NCBI RefSeq assembly: GCF_001194135.2
Contig: NC_068990.1
Coordinates: 71,701,161 to 71,734,602 of the forward strand
Direction of reading: 5' to 3'
DNA length: 33,442 nt
DNA from: Octopus bimaculoides
Lineage: Eukaryota
The notes beneath the pieces were generated by a model. That model was given only the letters and a program-made list of their open reading frames with translations, was not told where the DNA came from and made no database searches. Position numbers and translations under genes: made by a program. Positions 21,246 to 33,442 of this stretch are shown piece after piece. The stretch's first letter is position 1; the number at the start of each line of letters is the position of its first letter.

Positions 21246-21250
21246 TATAA

Positions 21251-21620
21251 GTGCAGGCATGGCTGTGTGGTAAGAAGTTTTCTCTCCAACCACGTGGCTC
21301 AGAGTTCAGTCCCATTGTGTCTTTTACAATAGCCTCGAGCCAATCAAAGCCTTGTGAGTAGATTTGTTAGATGGAAACTGAAAGAAGCCTGTCATATGGG
21401 CATGTGAGTGTGTCTGTGTTTGTCCACCACTGCTTGACAAATGGTGTTGGTGTGTTTATGTCCCTGTAACTTAACACTTCAGTAAAAAGACACTGACAGA
21501 ATAAGTATCAGGTTTAAAAACAGAAAATAGGTATTGGAAGTCATTTCATTCGACTAAAAATTCAAGGAAGTGCACCAGCATGACCACAGTCTAATGACTG
21601 AAACAAGTAAAGGACAAAAG
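21251..21620 (+). mobile_element. SINE family A copy
   Basis: gtgcaggcatggctgtgtggtaag, agttcagtccc, ggaaactgaaagaagcc and atgactgaaacaagtaaa. Confidence 0.85.
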
Positions 21621-22714
21621 ATATACACACACATAAATGTACAAGTCTTTTTCTTTTATTTGTCTGAATAGATGCTCAAAATCATTTTAGCTGAGATTGC
21701 TTAATATTTAAATTTTTCAGTTTAGATTGTTGTAGATTTTGAAGGAAAAAGTGGACAGGAAGAGAAATGATATAATTTTGGAGAAGTTTTTGGGAAATAG
21801 TAAAATTATTAAAAAAAAAATTAATGTTTAATTCTAATGTGCTGTTTTGTTAACTTTGTGAAATGTTAATTTAAAAAAAAATCAAACTGATTTTTGCTAA
21901 CTGAATACTACAAGTCATCATGAATTATTATGCATAATTTAATTCTCATGCCTCTACTAAATTTCAGCAAGTAAAAATATAAAAATATTAATATGCCACT
22001 TGAACAAATAGTGGAAGTACAATGTAAAGAAAAGCTTTATATCTTTTCTTTTGTTTATTTTATCTTGACCTAAAGTGATTTTATAGGAATCAACCAAGTT
22101 ATTGCAGTGTTTTGTTTTAGGCTTATTTCTTTCTCAAATAATGGTTTGAAAAACTAAAACTTTTTCCACAAGGCTAATTGTTCCATAATTTGGCATATGA
22201 AATTGGATGAGGTTATTTTTTTCCCCCCTCTGCTTATAAACTGGCTGCAAAGTTTGAAGGATTGTTCTTTATTCTTATAATGATGTTGTTGATATAAGAC
22301 TATAAATCTCATATTTATATAAGTAAACAACATTGTGATGTTCATGACTTTGCCAAGACTAACAGTTCCAACTAGGAATGAGCACTGAAGTTACTGGCTT
22401 AATTTGTTCCAAATCTTCCTCCTGTTCAGCTACCACAACCGCAACTCACCCAACCTTGTTTCTAATGATTTCTTAAGTAGTTACAAAGCTACATATTTTG
22501 GGGAGGATGTGTAGTTACCAATTTATTTGACTGATACTTCACAATGAATACCAGGCAAATAAATTGCAGTACTTGATTTGTACCTACAATTTTAGTGTAC
22601 AACAACAACAACAACAAAAATGTTGGTAAAAACAAGTCACCCTGTAAGTATAGACAGGTGAATACAAAAGAGATGGTGCAGAACCACACATGTGGATATT
22701 CATTAGTGTGTAGG

Positions 22715-22880
22715 GGAGGCAGAAGAGGAAAGCTAAACTTTTATTGCTGTTTCAAAGTGCAGCTCTTCCCAAGCATAAGATTGTCATTTCTGGAAGGGTT
22801 GAGAAGCAGCGGTTGTGATGTTGCAGATCACAGACAGCAAAATGAAGGTGGGAGTGGTTTAGAGAATTTAATTGTTTGGT
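22715..22880 (-). mobile_element. Penelope-like GIY-YIG C-terminal fragment, inverted
   Basis: Minus strand aattctctaaaccactcccaccttcat matches plus-strand aatttttcaaactactcccagcttcat near 23385. Confidence 0.5.
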
Positions 22881-22959
22881 AATGAGTAGAAATGAGTTGT
22901 TGCAATTTGATTATATTTTGCCTCCAACTAGCCACTCACACAGCTTGCCCTCATGCTTC

Positions 22960-23500
22960 ACCACCAACCATATTCCTTTTCCTCCACTGTCTCTTCTCCA
23001 ACCACTCCAGTGTACCATTTTACATTAGTTCCACATCCATCAGACCAGTCCCATTGTCTGTCACATCTTTCTTGAACAGCTTCTCCATTCTTCCAGATAT
23101 AACAACACTCTGGATGCCCATCTTATACACATCTCTTTCACCTCTTGCCACACCCAACTTGGATTACTTTCTTATTCCAGCTCCCATTGCAGAACATAAT
23201 CACTTTGTGCAGTTCTGTTCTTCTCCATCACTGACTACTTCACTTACACCACAAAAAAATGTAATCTGCTGCATTAAATGCCAAATTTGTGATTTGTTGT
23301 ATACAAGAGAAACTGTTCAGAGATTAGCAAGTTGGATCTGTGACAAAATAGCAATGAATTACTTAATCTTTTCATCTGTCATTTCAATTTTTCAAACTAC
23401 TCCCAGCTTCATGTAACTGTCAGCAGTCTCCTATAAGACCATGTGTCTGCTGCTTTATAACTCTTTCAGGAATAACAGTTAATCTTCCATCAGGGACAGC
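22960..23500 (+). mobile_element. Penelope-like retroelement remnant (GIY-YIG endonuclease)
   Basis: QKNVICCIKCQICDLLYTRETVQRLASWI matches the Penelope NVIYCI.C..C...YIGET..RL..R pattern. Confidence 0.65.
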
Positions 23501-23727
23501 TACTATTGATGTAGCAATAACTGATTAACTTCCCTCTTTGTCAATCCACACACACACACACACACACATACTGATACATGTTCATGCATGTATTTTAACT
23601 CTGTCCTGCTTCCACTCACTTCACAATCACATATACCTTGTTGAAGACAAAAATTCCCTTTTTGTCACCATCTACACTCATACACACCATTCATACATGT
23701 TGTTATGTCAATATAATTCACACTCGA

Positions 23728-23925
23728 AGGTGGTGAACTGGCAGAATGTTTCGTGGTGTTTCATCCATATTTATAGACGAAATGTTCAAATTCCACTGAG
23801 GTCAACTTTACTTTTCATCCTTTCAGGGTTGATAAAATAAGTACCAGTTGAGCACTGTGGTTGATGAAGTTGGCTTACCCTGCTCACCTGAACTTGCTGG
23901 CCTTGTGCCAAAGTTTGAAATCAAT
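23728..23925 (+). mobile_element. SINE family B copy with possible TSD
   Basis: Family B body; ataattcacact precedes it and attattcacact follows it. Confidence 0.75.
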
Positions 23926-24026
23926 ATTATTCACACTGTGATTGCTTTAGTGGCCTTATGGGTATGAAAGCAGGGACATAATAGCCAAGTGGAAGTTTCA
24001 ATTCTTACCAGGAAACACATCTTTTC

Positions 24027-24245
24027 AGGAGGCAAGCTGGCAGAATCATTAGAACGCAGAGCTAATTGCTTCGTAGCATTGCGCCTGTCTCTATGTTCTA
24101 TGTTCAAATTCTGCTGAGGTCAACTTTGTCTTTCATTACTTTCAGGGTTGATAAACCAAGCACCAGTTGAGCACTGAGGTCAACATAATTGATGTATCCT
24201 CTCCCCCCAAATTACTGGCCTTGTGCCAAAACTTGAAACCAATAT
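24027..24245 (+). mobile_element. SINE family B copy
   Basis: gaggcaagctggcagaatcattag through ggccttgtgccaaaacttgaaacc. Confidence 0.75.
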
Positions 24246-24519
24246 TACTCACACTGCTTCAACCTCCCACCTTCTCTGCTCTCTATCAAGCACTATTCAG
24301 AGGTTTTTGTTATTGGTTTTGCCAGAAATATCCATTTAGCAATAATTTGCTATGCTGGTTCTTTAAAGACATGCATATTTTTGTTCTCTGAACACTTTAT
24401 ATCTCTTCTTTACTTGTTTATTCTGACAAAAGATAAATTATTTGAAAGGTTGATCTCTTCCTTTCCCTCACAACATAATGCATTGGTTTTACATGGTAAT
24501 TATTTTATTTTACTACATC

Positions 24520-24870
24520 GGTGCAGGTAGGACTTTCTAGTAAGGAGCTTGCTTCCCAACCACATGGTTCTGGGTTCAGAGCCACCATGTGGCACCTTGG
24601 GACTGAGTCTTCTACTATAGCCTCAAGCCAACTAAAGCCTTATGAGAAGATTTGGTAGATGGAAACTGAAAGAAGCCCTTCATATATGTGTGTGTGTGTG
24701 TGTGTGTCCATAACTTAGTGGTTCAGTAAAAGAAACTAATGGCATAAGTACCAGGCTTAAAAAAAAAAACACTGGGATCAATTCATTCAACTAAAAATTC
24801 TTCAAGGTGGCGCTCCATCCAGCATGGCTGCAGTCCAATGAACGAAACAAGTAAAAGATAAAAAGATATA
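24520..24870 (+). mobile_element. SINE family A copy
   Basis: ggtgcagg, cttgcttcccaaccacatggttctgggttcag, ataagtaccagg and cagtccaatgaacgaaacaagtaaaag. Confidence 0.85.
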
Positions 24871-25329
24871 TCTTGTTTGTTATTGATCACTTATCTGGTT
24901 TAGAAATTAGCTTTGTTAACATGCTGATTTGATCTTGCAGGCCAGTGAATTAAATAAGTATTTCCTGCAATAGCCTTGGGTCGACCAATATCTTGTGAGT
25001 GAAACTTGGTAGGCAGAAACTCTGTGGAAGACTGTATTATTGTATTGTAATTTCAAAATCTGTTTATTTGCAATCTGAGTTTAACTGTGAAACTAATTAA
25101 GGTCAGCTTATGGTATGACAGCCAAAAATATCAGTCTCATGTTTGCCAATGTTATTCCTGGAGGCAAACTAGCATATCTTTTTTAGGAAAACCTTAGATA
25201 AAGTGAGTCTACGGATTATAGAAGCAGAAAGATCAGTGACCCCCACCTCCGCCAAAAAAAATCCCTGATCTGTACATCATACTCATTTGAAAGAATCTCT
25301 GTATGGATAGGAACTCTATAGTGTCTAGA

Positions 25330-25690
25330 ATAAACCTACAGGTAAACTATTAGATTAGGAATGTAGTCTGTAGTAGATGTACAGAAGGATGGTGCAGAAA
25401 CAGGACAATTACATACATAGGCAAGCAGATAAGTGAACACTGGTGGGAACTTGAGGAGGGAAAAGTTTGTCGGTGCTCTATCAACAAGCTTACTTAGAAC
25501 ATGGAGGATTAGTTGACAACATAGATGTTAGGATCTTATTAACAGAAAACAGACACAACACTCAAATAGATTACAGAAGCCACATGCATAATAGAAGATA
25601 GACAAAGCTTCAACAAAAATCATGAATGGAGTAATAATACCACTCCACTCCACCACACTATGCAACCAGATGACTAAAAACAAAATGAAA
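25330..25690 (+). mobile_element. Second Penelope-like GIY-YIG remnant
   Basis: Frameshifted patches AETGQLHT, ISEHW, ILLTENRHN and ITEATCII..SFNKNHEW fit the C-terminal half of Penelope endonucleases. Confidence 0.45.
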
Positions 25691-26002
25691 AATAATAAAT
25701 GTCATGAGTACTAACAGTGTAAGATACAAACCATTATATATACACACAAAACATATGTACATATACTAAAGGTAGAATGAGAAAGAAAAAAAACAAGATA
25801 AATAAGTAGACAGATAAAAGACATGGGTACAAACAATGTAATATACAAACCCATATACACGCACATGGGACTCACATACTAGACAGACAGACACACACAC
25901 ACACACACACACACAGAGGCAAAAACACATGCAGATAGAGATATATACCACAGAAGGACAAAATGGAATAAACAGGACAAGAGGAGGCACATGGGACAGA
26001 AA

Positions 26003-26045
26003 GTCACTGATGAGGTCACAGAATGTTTGATGAAAGAACATTGAC
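26003..26045 (+). ncRNA. Degenerate hammerhead-like motif
   Basis: gtca-CTGATGA-g gtca cagaatgtt tgat-GAAA-gaacat-tgac. Stem I gtca/tgac; the C closing stem II and U16.1 are missing. Confidence 0.3.
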
Positions 26046-26412
26046 AGGCATATATGCTAAACATAATACAAATAAAAACTAAAGTAAAGCTCAAATAAAT
26101 AGCACTTATGTTTAATTGACAAAATAAAATAATGGTCATCTCAGAGTATAACAATAATTAAGGATAGTTTTGTAGTAAATGAGGCTTCATTGTTGAGTGA
26201 GTTTGGTTTGGCTATTTCATTGGGAGTAGGTATTTATGGGGTGTGAGAGAGAAAGTGTATGTGTGTGTGTGTGAATGCATGCATGGCATCTGAAATTTAT
26301 ATGCTTGTTGATGTGTGTATGTCAGTTAAAATATTTGGGATTCTATGAACATATTGCATAGTATTTTTGATAATTAAATGGAGAGCATGAGTTGTTTGAA
26401 TTATAGATTTTC

Positions 26413-26463
<51 letters not shown>

Positions 26464-27255
26464 AGAGAGANNNNNNNNNNNNNNNNNNNNNNNNNNNNNN
26501 NNNNNNNNNNNNNNNNNNNNNNNNNNNNNNNNNNNNNNNNNNNNNNNNNNNNNNNNNNNNNNNNNNNNNNNNNNNNNNNNNNNNNNNNNNNNNNNNNNNN
26601 NNNNNNNNNNNNNNNNNNNNNNNNNNNNNNNNNNNNNNNCAGAAGACTAAAATAACTCAAATAACAAATTTAAAAAAAAAAAAGTAGCGGCCTTCACAAC
26701 AAAACACGAACTTACACACCTGAGAGCTTGCAATTCAGATAACAAATTCTATTCATTGAATTATACAAAAGTCTATTATATACAAAATATCCCAAATATT
26801 CAAGTCAACCAATTAACTTAAAGCATACACACCAACAAACTTATAATTTCCAGGTGCTCACACACACAAACACACACACACACACAAAATAACTGCTCCT
26901 ATTGAAAAAGCCATTTAAAAATCATTCAGCCATGTAACATCTACAACAGAGGCATCCTCTGTTAGTTTGACAGATAAACTCATTCACCAACAAAACATCC
27001 TTCACAAACATAACAGAACAAAAAAACTTCATAAAAGAACATCCTTAACTAGATTAATAAATCTAAAATGAATAAGCAAATTAAAAACACACCTTCACCA
27101 AAAATAAACCAACAAAATTAACCAATGACAGAAGGAGGAAAATAATAGTGAAATAGCAAATGCAAAAACAGAAAGCAATGAACGAAAACAAGCTTGAGAT
27201 AACCACACTCATATCAATGAGTATAAATATATTACCGAAATCAAATTGTAACAGT

Positions 27256-27298
27256 TCTTGCCTGAAGAATGCAGTGGCATGAAACCTGAGTTATGAGA
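27256..27298 (+). ncRNA. Minimal hammerhead-like motif, Penelope pLTR type
   Basis: tcttgc-CTGAAGA-atgc agtg gcat-GAAAC-ctga-GTT-atgaga. Perfect 4-bp stem II, wobble-rich stem I, AATAAA about 15 nt downstream. Confidence 0.45.
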
Positions 27299-27591
27299 TA
27301 ACTATTAAATTCAATAAATTATAAACATCTCTCATTTGTTTCACTCAATTCAATGATTCTGTGTGTGTGTGTGTGTGTGTGTGTGCACGCATGTGCATAT
27401 GCAGAGTTTAAATTTTTTCTTAACTGGTTGAAAATTAGAAAAGTGGCTCAATGGCTGAGAGTTTTGTGTGAAAGTTTGATAAGTACTATGCAGAACAATC
27501 TCAGCGTTTGAGTCACTTTCGTAACTTTATACTGACTAAAAAAATGGACATTTTTTATACTCATGTATTGACTACTGTTTCTCCTGTTTGT

Positions 27592-27668
<77 letters not shown>

Positions 27669-28879
27669 NNNNNNNNNNNNNTATATACAAAATCAGTATA
27701 TGACATATTAAACAAAGTTCAACAAATTCATTCATATTTATGTAATGGAGTTAGATGTTAAAATGGATCAGTGTTTATTTTTCATGTTGCTATACAATTG
27801 TTTCATACAATTCATAAATAGAAAATCGTAATACTCATATTTGTACTTGTCAGTAGCTAACAGAAAAACTAAAAAAGACGTTTGAAGTACATAGATTTTT
27901 TTTTTTCTTAGTTATTTTGGAAAACTGTGAGCATGAAAAGTAATATTCTTAAGATTATAAACCTGGAAAAGTACAGGACAAGTTATTACATCTGTAAAAG
28001 TATAGGACAAACTGTTACTTCTAGTAAAGTAAAGAATAAGAAACTTTTTACTTAAAATATTGCAGCAAAGAATGTCAGTTCTTCTAATTTATCACTCTTT
28101 ACAGTTCTCATCTTTTAAATTTAAACTGTTCAGCTAATTTGTAAGTTTGGCTAATTAGTCACTTTTTTCTGTATTTAAGGTAGTAAATTNNNNNNNNNNN
28201 NNNNNNNNNNNNNNNNNNNNNNNNNNNNNNNNNNNNNNNNNNNNNNNNNNNNNNNNNNNNNNNNNNNNNNNNNNNNNNNNNNNNNNNNNNNNNNNNNNNN
28301 NNNNNNNNNNNNNNNNNNNNNNNNNNNNNNNNNNNNNNNNNNNNNNNNNNNNNNNNNNNNNNNNNNNNNNNNNNNNNNNNNNNNNNNNNNNNNNNNNNNN
28401 NNNNNNNNNNNNNNNNNNNNNNNNNNNNNNNNNNNNNNNNNNNNNNNNNNNNNNNNNNNNNNNNNNNNATCCATGATTTTTCCAGGCATCGCTGTTATAA
28501 GATAATTAATAATGTGTCAATAATTTAGGATTTTACCTTATAAAATACTGGGTAGGGGGATACATTGGCTGCTATTTTTAGTGTGTCATTGGTTTGATTG
28601 TGTGATGAGATTTTTTTTACACATATATGTATAATATGCATATATATCATTGGCAGAAGTTAGAGAGTAAATCAAAAGCTGAGAGTTTCGTGTATTGGCA
28701 CTTATCAAACACAAATTTGTCCATTGTCACTCTGTAACTTGTGACGAAATAACTTCTAAAATACAAAATTTTGTCAAAACCATTTAATAGTAAACCCTGT
28801 TGTATGTGACACATTGTACCAGTATCGGAAATTTCAAAGAGTTTAGTTTTAAAAATTGATTAAGTAATCTGTACGTCAA

Positions 28880-29009
28880 ATTGAATAGATCCGAAATAGA
28901 TAAAAAGCAAAGTCGACCCTGGCGGAATTTGAACTCAAGATGTAAACAGAGGTGAAATACCGCTAAGCATTTCACCCAGTGCACTAACATTTCCGGCAGC
29001 TTGCCACCT
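28880..29009 (-). mobile_element. SINE family B 5' part
   Basis: aaagtcgaccctggcggaatttgaactc, gaaataccgctaagcatttc and cagcttgccacct. Confidence 0.75.
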
Positions 29010-30460
29010 TACAACGTAAGAATTTATTTTAGCAATATATTCTTTATTCTTATTGCTAAGCGTTACTTCCTTACTCTCTTACTTACTGACACGAAATTTC
29101 GTGGCATTTCACCCCATAACTTTTCTTCTAATTTTTGGTCAATGCAACTAACAACTCTGAATTCCTCATATATTTTTCTATAATTTAAGCCTAAGTAAAG
29201 TATACTTCTATTTTAAAATTAAAAAGCTTATGTTAATTGAAGGTGAATAGGTGCCTTACTATCCCTCTTGAGGTCGCAGATATTTTGATGTAACATTTTT
29301 GCTACTGAACCAAATCTCAAACTATTTATACCAAAGTGTAGCTGAGGAGGTGTCCACTTTAAAACTGATAACAGTTTGCAATTTAGTTGAGAACTGTATT
29401 AGTGGTGAAGCTTGGAAGTTGCTGCGATTGATGAAATGGTGAACTTAATATATTCAACGACTACCATGGTTGAATGATACACACACACACACATGCATAC
29501 ACACATATACATCATACATAAAATCACATATACCTATATATACATACATGTTTTTATACCTATAGGTATGAATGTGTATGTGTATAGTGAAGGAATAGAA
29601 CATGCAGTACGTTCAAACAGAAATACCCTGCCATATTTACATTCGAGCTAGTTTCCCCCTAGGACTAATGTTGTCTTTGCAGTTCATATTTCACAAGATC
29701 AGGGAACAAAATAATTGGATAAAATTTTTGAAGATGAGGGTCTCAAATGACCACAGTCAAATGACTGAAACCGGAACAAAATAAAATAAAAGAAGTATTT
29801 GTTTTATTTATCATTTTATCTTATTCCTTTTATCATTTTATTTTATTCTGCAAATGATAGAGAATATAGAACTGTTGCTACACAAACTAGCTGCATACAC
29901 TAGACATAATAAATCTCAGAAAAGATCCCACTAGAAAGCATACAAAATTGAGATAATCTGCGTGATAGCAACGGTTCTTCTCATATTGATTTCTTTCTTA
30001 AATAAAAGAACATTTCTTCAACAAGAGTAACTTTAAAACAAACAAACAAACAGCAATGACAATAAAGCACTTAATTTATAAGCAGAGGCTCATAAGAAAG
30101 TTTTGTATGAGATGCATCAGTATTCTAGTTGATTTGTAGTAGAACTGGTGCAATTCCTTCATATGCTATGCAATTGACAATGGTAACAGTAGCAATATCA
30201 GTGCTTTCTTTCATGCCTTTACAGTCAAATTTTGAAAAGATTTGCTTTATTTTATTATTATTATTTTTTGTAGAATATTTCAATAGAATTGTTAAAAACT
30301 TAAAAAGGGCGAAAAAGAATAGGAGAAGCAATAAATGAATAAATGATGATGATGATGATGATGATGATGGAATTCTTCCAAAAGGGCGATGAATTTAAGT
30401 CAATTAAGAGAGTAAATCTAACTGAGGGTTAATTAGCTGTGACTTGACATAAAGACATAC

Positions 30461-30584
30461 CCCTGTTGAGAAAATATGATGCTTGCTTGAAATGTTTCAC
30501 GGTTAATGTTAACTTCTCCCCGGCGTTCTTCAGGGCTTGTACCACTTCATCATGAGTTGCTATTTCAACACTAACACTATTAAC
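30461..30584 (-). CDS. SNTG1: Internal coding exon, C-terminal half of a PDZ domain; gamma-syntrophin-like (SNTG1/SNTG2/Drosophila Syn2 family)
   Basis: Acceptor cttatttattttcag| and donor |gtatgt flank a 124-nt open exon (phase 0 to phase 1): VNSVSVEIATHDEVVQALKNAGEKLTLTVKHFKQASYFLNR(G). The THDEVV..L.NAG...TLTVKH motif fits syntrophin PDZ domains, best the gamma class as recalled. The paralog symbol is only nominal. Confidence 0.8.
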
Positions 30585-30917
30585 CTGAAAATAAATAAGC
30601 ACTCATATATTTGTCAATAGAATGGGTATATTAATCAAAGTATACAGTATTATAGACCCGTTTCATTCAATCTTACCAATTCATTTCACACCAGATATTA
30701 GATAAATGAATATTAGATAATGGGCTGATTATCGAATACATATGCTTTTCATAGCTGGCAAGTATACCTGTAACTTAAAATCTAATGTAAAACCAATTGG
30801 TAACATTGGCTGAAATAAAACTATAATGTTGTATACTTTGATTTATATTTATATATATATATATATATATATGTTATTTTTGACTAGGCAAGAAGCAAAG
30901 AATACATATTATAAATA

Positions 30918-31997
30918 GCCATGAAATTTCAGAGGAGGGGACTACATTAACCCTAGTGTTTCACTGATACTTAATTTATCGACCCCGAAAGGATGAAAGG
31001 CAAAGTTGACCTTGGTGGAATTTGAACTTACAACATAGCAATGAGCAAAATACCGCTTAACATTTTGCCCAGTGTGCTAATGATTCTGCCAGCTTGCCAC
31101 CTTAATAATAATAATAATAATAATCCTTTCTACTATATGTACAAGGCTTGGAATTTTGGGAAGGGTGCTAGTCAATTACATTGACCCCAGTGCTTGATTG
31201 GTACTTATTTCATTGATCCCGAAAGGATGAAAGGCAATGTCGGCCATGGCAGAATTTGTACACAGAATATACAAATCAATGAAATGCTACTAAACATTTT
31301 GTGCAGCCTGCTAACAATTCTGCCAGCTCACTGCCTTAATAATAATCCTTTCTACTCTGGACACAAGGCCTGAAATTTGTGGGAAGGGAGTAAGTCAATT
31401 ACATCGACCCCAATACTTAATTTATCAATGTCAAAAGGATGAAACGCAAAGTCGACTTTGGCAGAATTTGAACTCGGAAAGTAGTGACAGGTGAAATACT
31501 GCTAAGCATATCGCCTGGCATGCTAACAATTTTGTCAGCTCGCTGCCTTCTTAATACTACTACTACTACTAATAATAATAATGATAATAATAATAATCCT
31601 TTCTACTATGGGCACAAGGCCTGAAATTTGTGAGGAGGGTGCTAGTTGATTACGCCAACCCCAGTACTTATTTCATTGAGCCTGAAAGGATGAAAAGCAC
31701 AGTCAACCTTCATGGGATTTGAACTCAGAATATAAAGAGCCAGAACAAATAATGAAAAGTATTTTATGTGACACTCTAATTATTCTAACAACAACAATAA
31801 TAATAATAATAATCCTTTCTACTATAGGCACAAGGCCTGAAATTTGAGGGTGGAAGCTAGTTAAATACAATGGTCTCAATGTACAACTGGTACTTATTTT
31901 ATCCTTGGTGGAAGTTAAACTCAGAATCTAAATAACTGGAAGAAATGTTGCTAAGCATTTTACGCAGTGCACTAATGATTCTGCCAGCTTGTCACCT
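30918..31997 (-). mobile_element. Five head-to-tail SINE family B copies separated by (AAT)n
   Basis: Copies at about 30918-31102, 31125-31336, 31347-31548, 31598-31785 and 31814-31997. Copies 2-5 begin cctttctact on the plus strand. Confidence 0.9.
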
Positions 31998-32692
31998 TTC
32001 ACTAAGTGAAAGTAGTAACAAATATTAAGATGAAATCTCCATCTTGCATTTGAGCAGCAAGGATTTGATATTGAAATTAATCCATAAATTATTCAATTTG
32101 TAAAGAGCTAACAACAATAACAAAAAGATTATATCCAAGGGTAAATTGAATAAAAAAACCCCAATAAAATCCTCAAGATAATAACCAGGGTGTGTGTGTG
32201 TATACATACACACCCACACATTTGCATCAATAATCGATACATCAAAAACAAAACAGTTTTCCAAAAAAAAAAAATAAATAAATAAAACGGAAACAAACCA
32301 CAGATGAAATAATAAGTTATGTATTGATTTATTTGCTGTTAGTCACACATTGAGATAATATCAGAAATACTAGATTGTGTGCAGTACAACATTATAAGAA
32401 GGATTTAATGGATAAGGAAATATATAAAAAACATATATATGAAGAAAAGATATTAATAGTGTAGTTTAGCAGTGGTTTTTTTTCTTTTTCTTTTGTTGTA
32501 TTTATTTCTAATCTTCTAATTGATTTTATTATTACTAAGAGAAAAAGTGCTCTCTGAACTATATTCTCATAGTTTATGTAATATATATATNNNNNNNNNN
32601 NNNNNNNNNNNNNNNNNNNNNNNNNNNNNNNNNNNNNNNNNNNNNNNNNNNNNNNNNNNNNNNNNNNNNNNNNNNNNNNNNNNNNNNNNATA

Positions 32693-32723
<31 letters not shown>

Positions 32724-32899
32724 ATTATTCATGTGCGTGTGTGCGTAAGCTCTCCTAATTTAAGGTGGTAGGTCGTGATCTGAGGGAAATTAAACATGTT
32801 ATTAAACCTGTTTGTTGTGTAACTCCTGATCAGCCTTGATTGAAGAAACCTATCATAATGAATGGTGATCCAGTCTTGACCATCTCATCTAGCCATTTA

Positions 32900-33005
32900 T
32901 CCAGAACTATCCAACATCCTTCGTTTAAGTTAGTTTACGATTTGAAGGAGACATTTGGCTCTGTTATTTTCAGCAGGCAGGGCAAGTGACCATGTAGACG
33001 CTCTC
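32900..33005 (-). repeat. Dispersed repeat, second copy near 6380-6500 on +
   Basis: Reverse complement tctacatggtcacttg...gaaaataacagagccaaatgtctcc resembles tctacatgatcacttg...gaaataacaacaaaacatccc. Confidence 0.4.
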
Positions 33006-33232
33006 TTGTTGAAGAACAAGTCCAACTGATACACATAAGCATCATCAAATGTGGAAGGAAAATACAGTTATGGAGTCATACAACAGAAAGATCGGATGAT
33101 ATTTTTGTCTGCCAGCAAGCAATTCTCTTTCTCTCTCCATCTCTATTACACTTAAGTGGAGGTGTGTGGTAGGAGTTATTTAGGAAGGGTGTGAGAGATG
33201 GTCAGAAGAAAGGCAGAAAATATTTTGGTGAC

Positions 33233-33442
33233 ATCATCATCATCATCATCATCGTTTAACGTCCGCTTTCCATGCTAGCATGGGTTGGACGATTTGACTG
33301 AGGACTGGTGAAACCGGATGGCAACAACAGGCTCCAGTCTAATTTGGCAGAGTTTCTACAGCTGGATGCCCTTCCTAACGCCAACCAACCACTCAGAGAG
33401 TGTAGTGGGTGCTTTTACGTGTCACCCGCACGAAAACGGCCA
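33233..33442 (-). mobile_element. Young, CpG-intact RTE-LINE 3' end running off the window
   Basis: (CAT)n cgtttaacgtccgctttccatgctagcatgggttggacg through ctacagctggatgcccttcctaacgccaacc. Confidence 0.85.

Noticed and set aside
29260-29304. 45-nt phase 1-1 candidate cassette exon (VAKMLHQNICDLKRD)
   Set aside because: Open and in phase, but splice sites are only moderate and there is no homology; cannot be supported without RNA-seq.
33297-33320. CTGAGGA-ctggt-GAAAC hammerhead-like string
   Set aside because: Stem II cannot form; it is the antisense of the RTE tail.

Overview
AT-rich, microsatellite-dense eukaryotic DNA from a gapped draft assembly with six N-runs. The repeat families suggest an octopod cephalopod, which is an inference. 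The window appears to be mostly intron of a minus-strand PDZ-domain gene, most likely a gamma-syntrophin: one clear 124-nt PDZ exon (30461-30584) and one phase-compatible 32-nt micro-exon candidate (6230-6261). The rest is layered transposon sequence: RTE-clade LINE remnants and 3' tails, many tRNA-derived SINEs (five in a head-to-tail array), a hAT-type MITE nested in a LINE, a complete but dead 1236-bp Tc1-like element with DD36E spacing, Penelope-like GIY-YIG remnants, and a 2.57-kb non-autonomous Helitron with both termini. The strongest leads are three. (1) The Helitron carries about 15 copies of a composite STAT/kappaB/ETS-like motif beside an antisense ATG-donor cassette in phase with the host gene. 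(2) An inverted pair of type I hammerhead ribozyme motifs lies at 4361-4555, one with a complete catalytic core on the host pre-mRNA strand. (3) The Tc1-like element has DD36E spacing. Nearly all ORFs in the supplied track are microsatellite artefacts. Everything was read by eye and no database searches were run.
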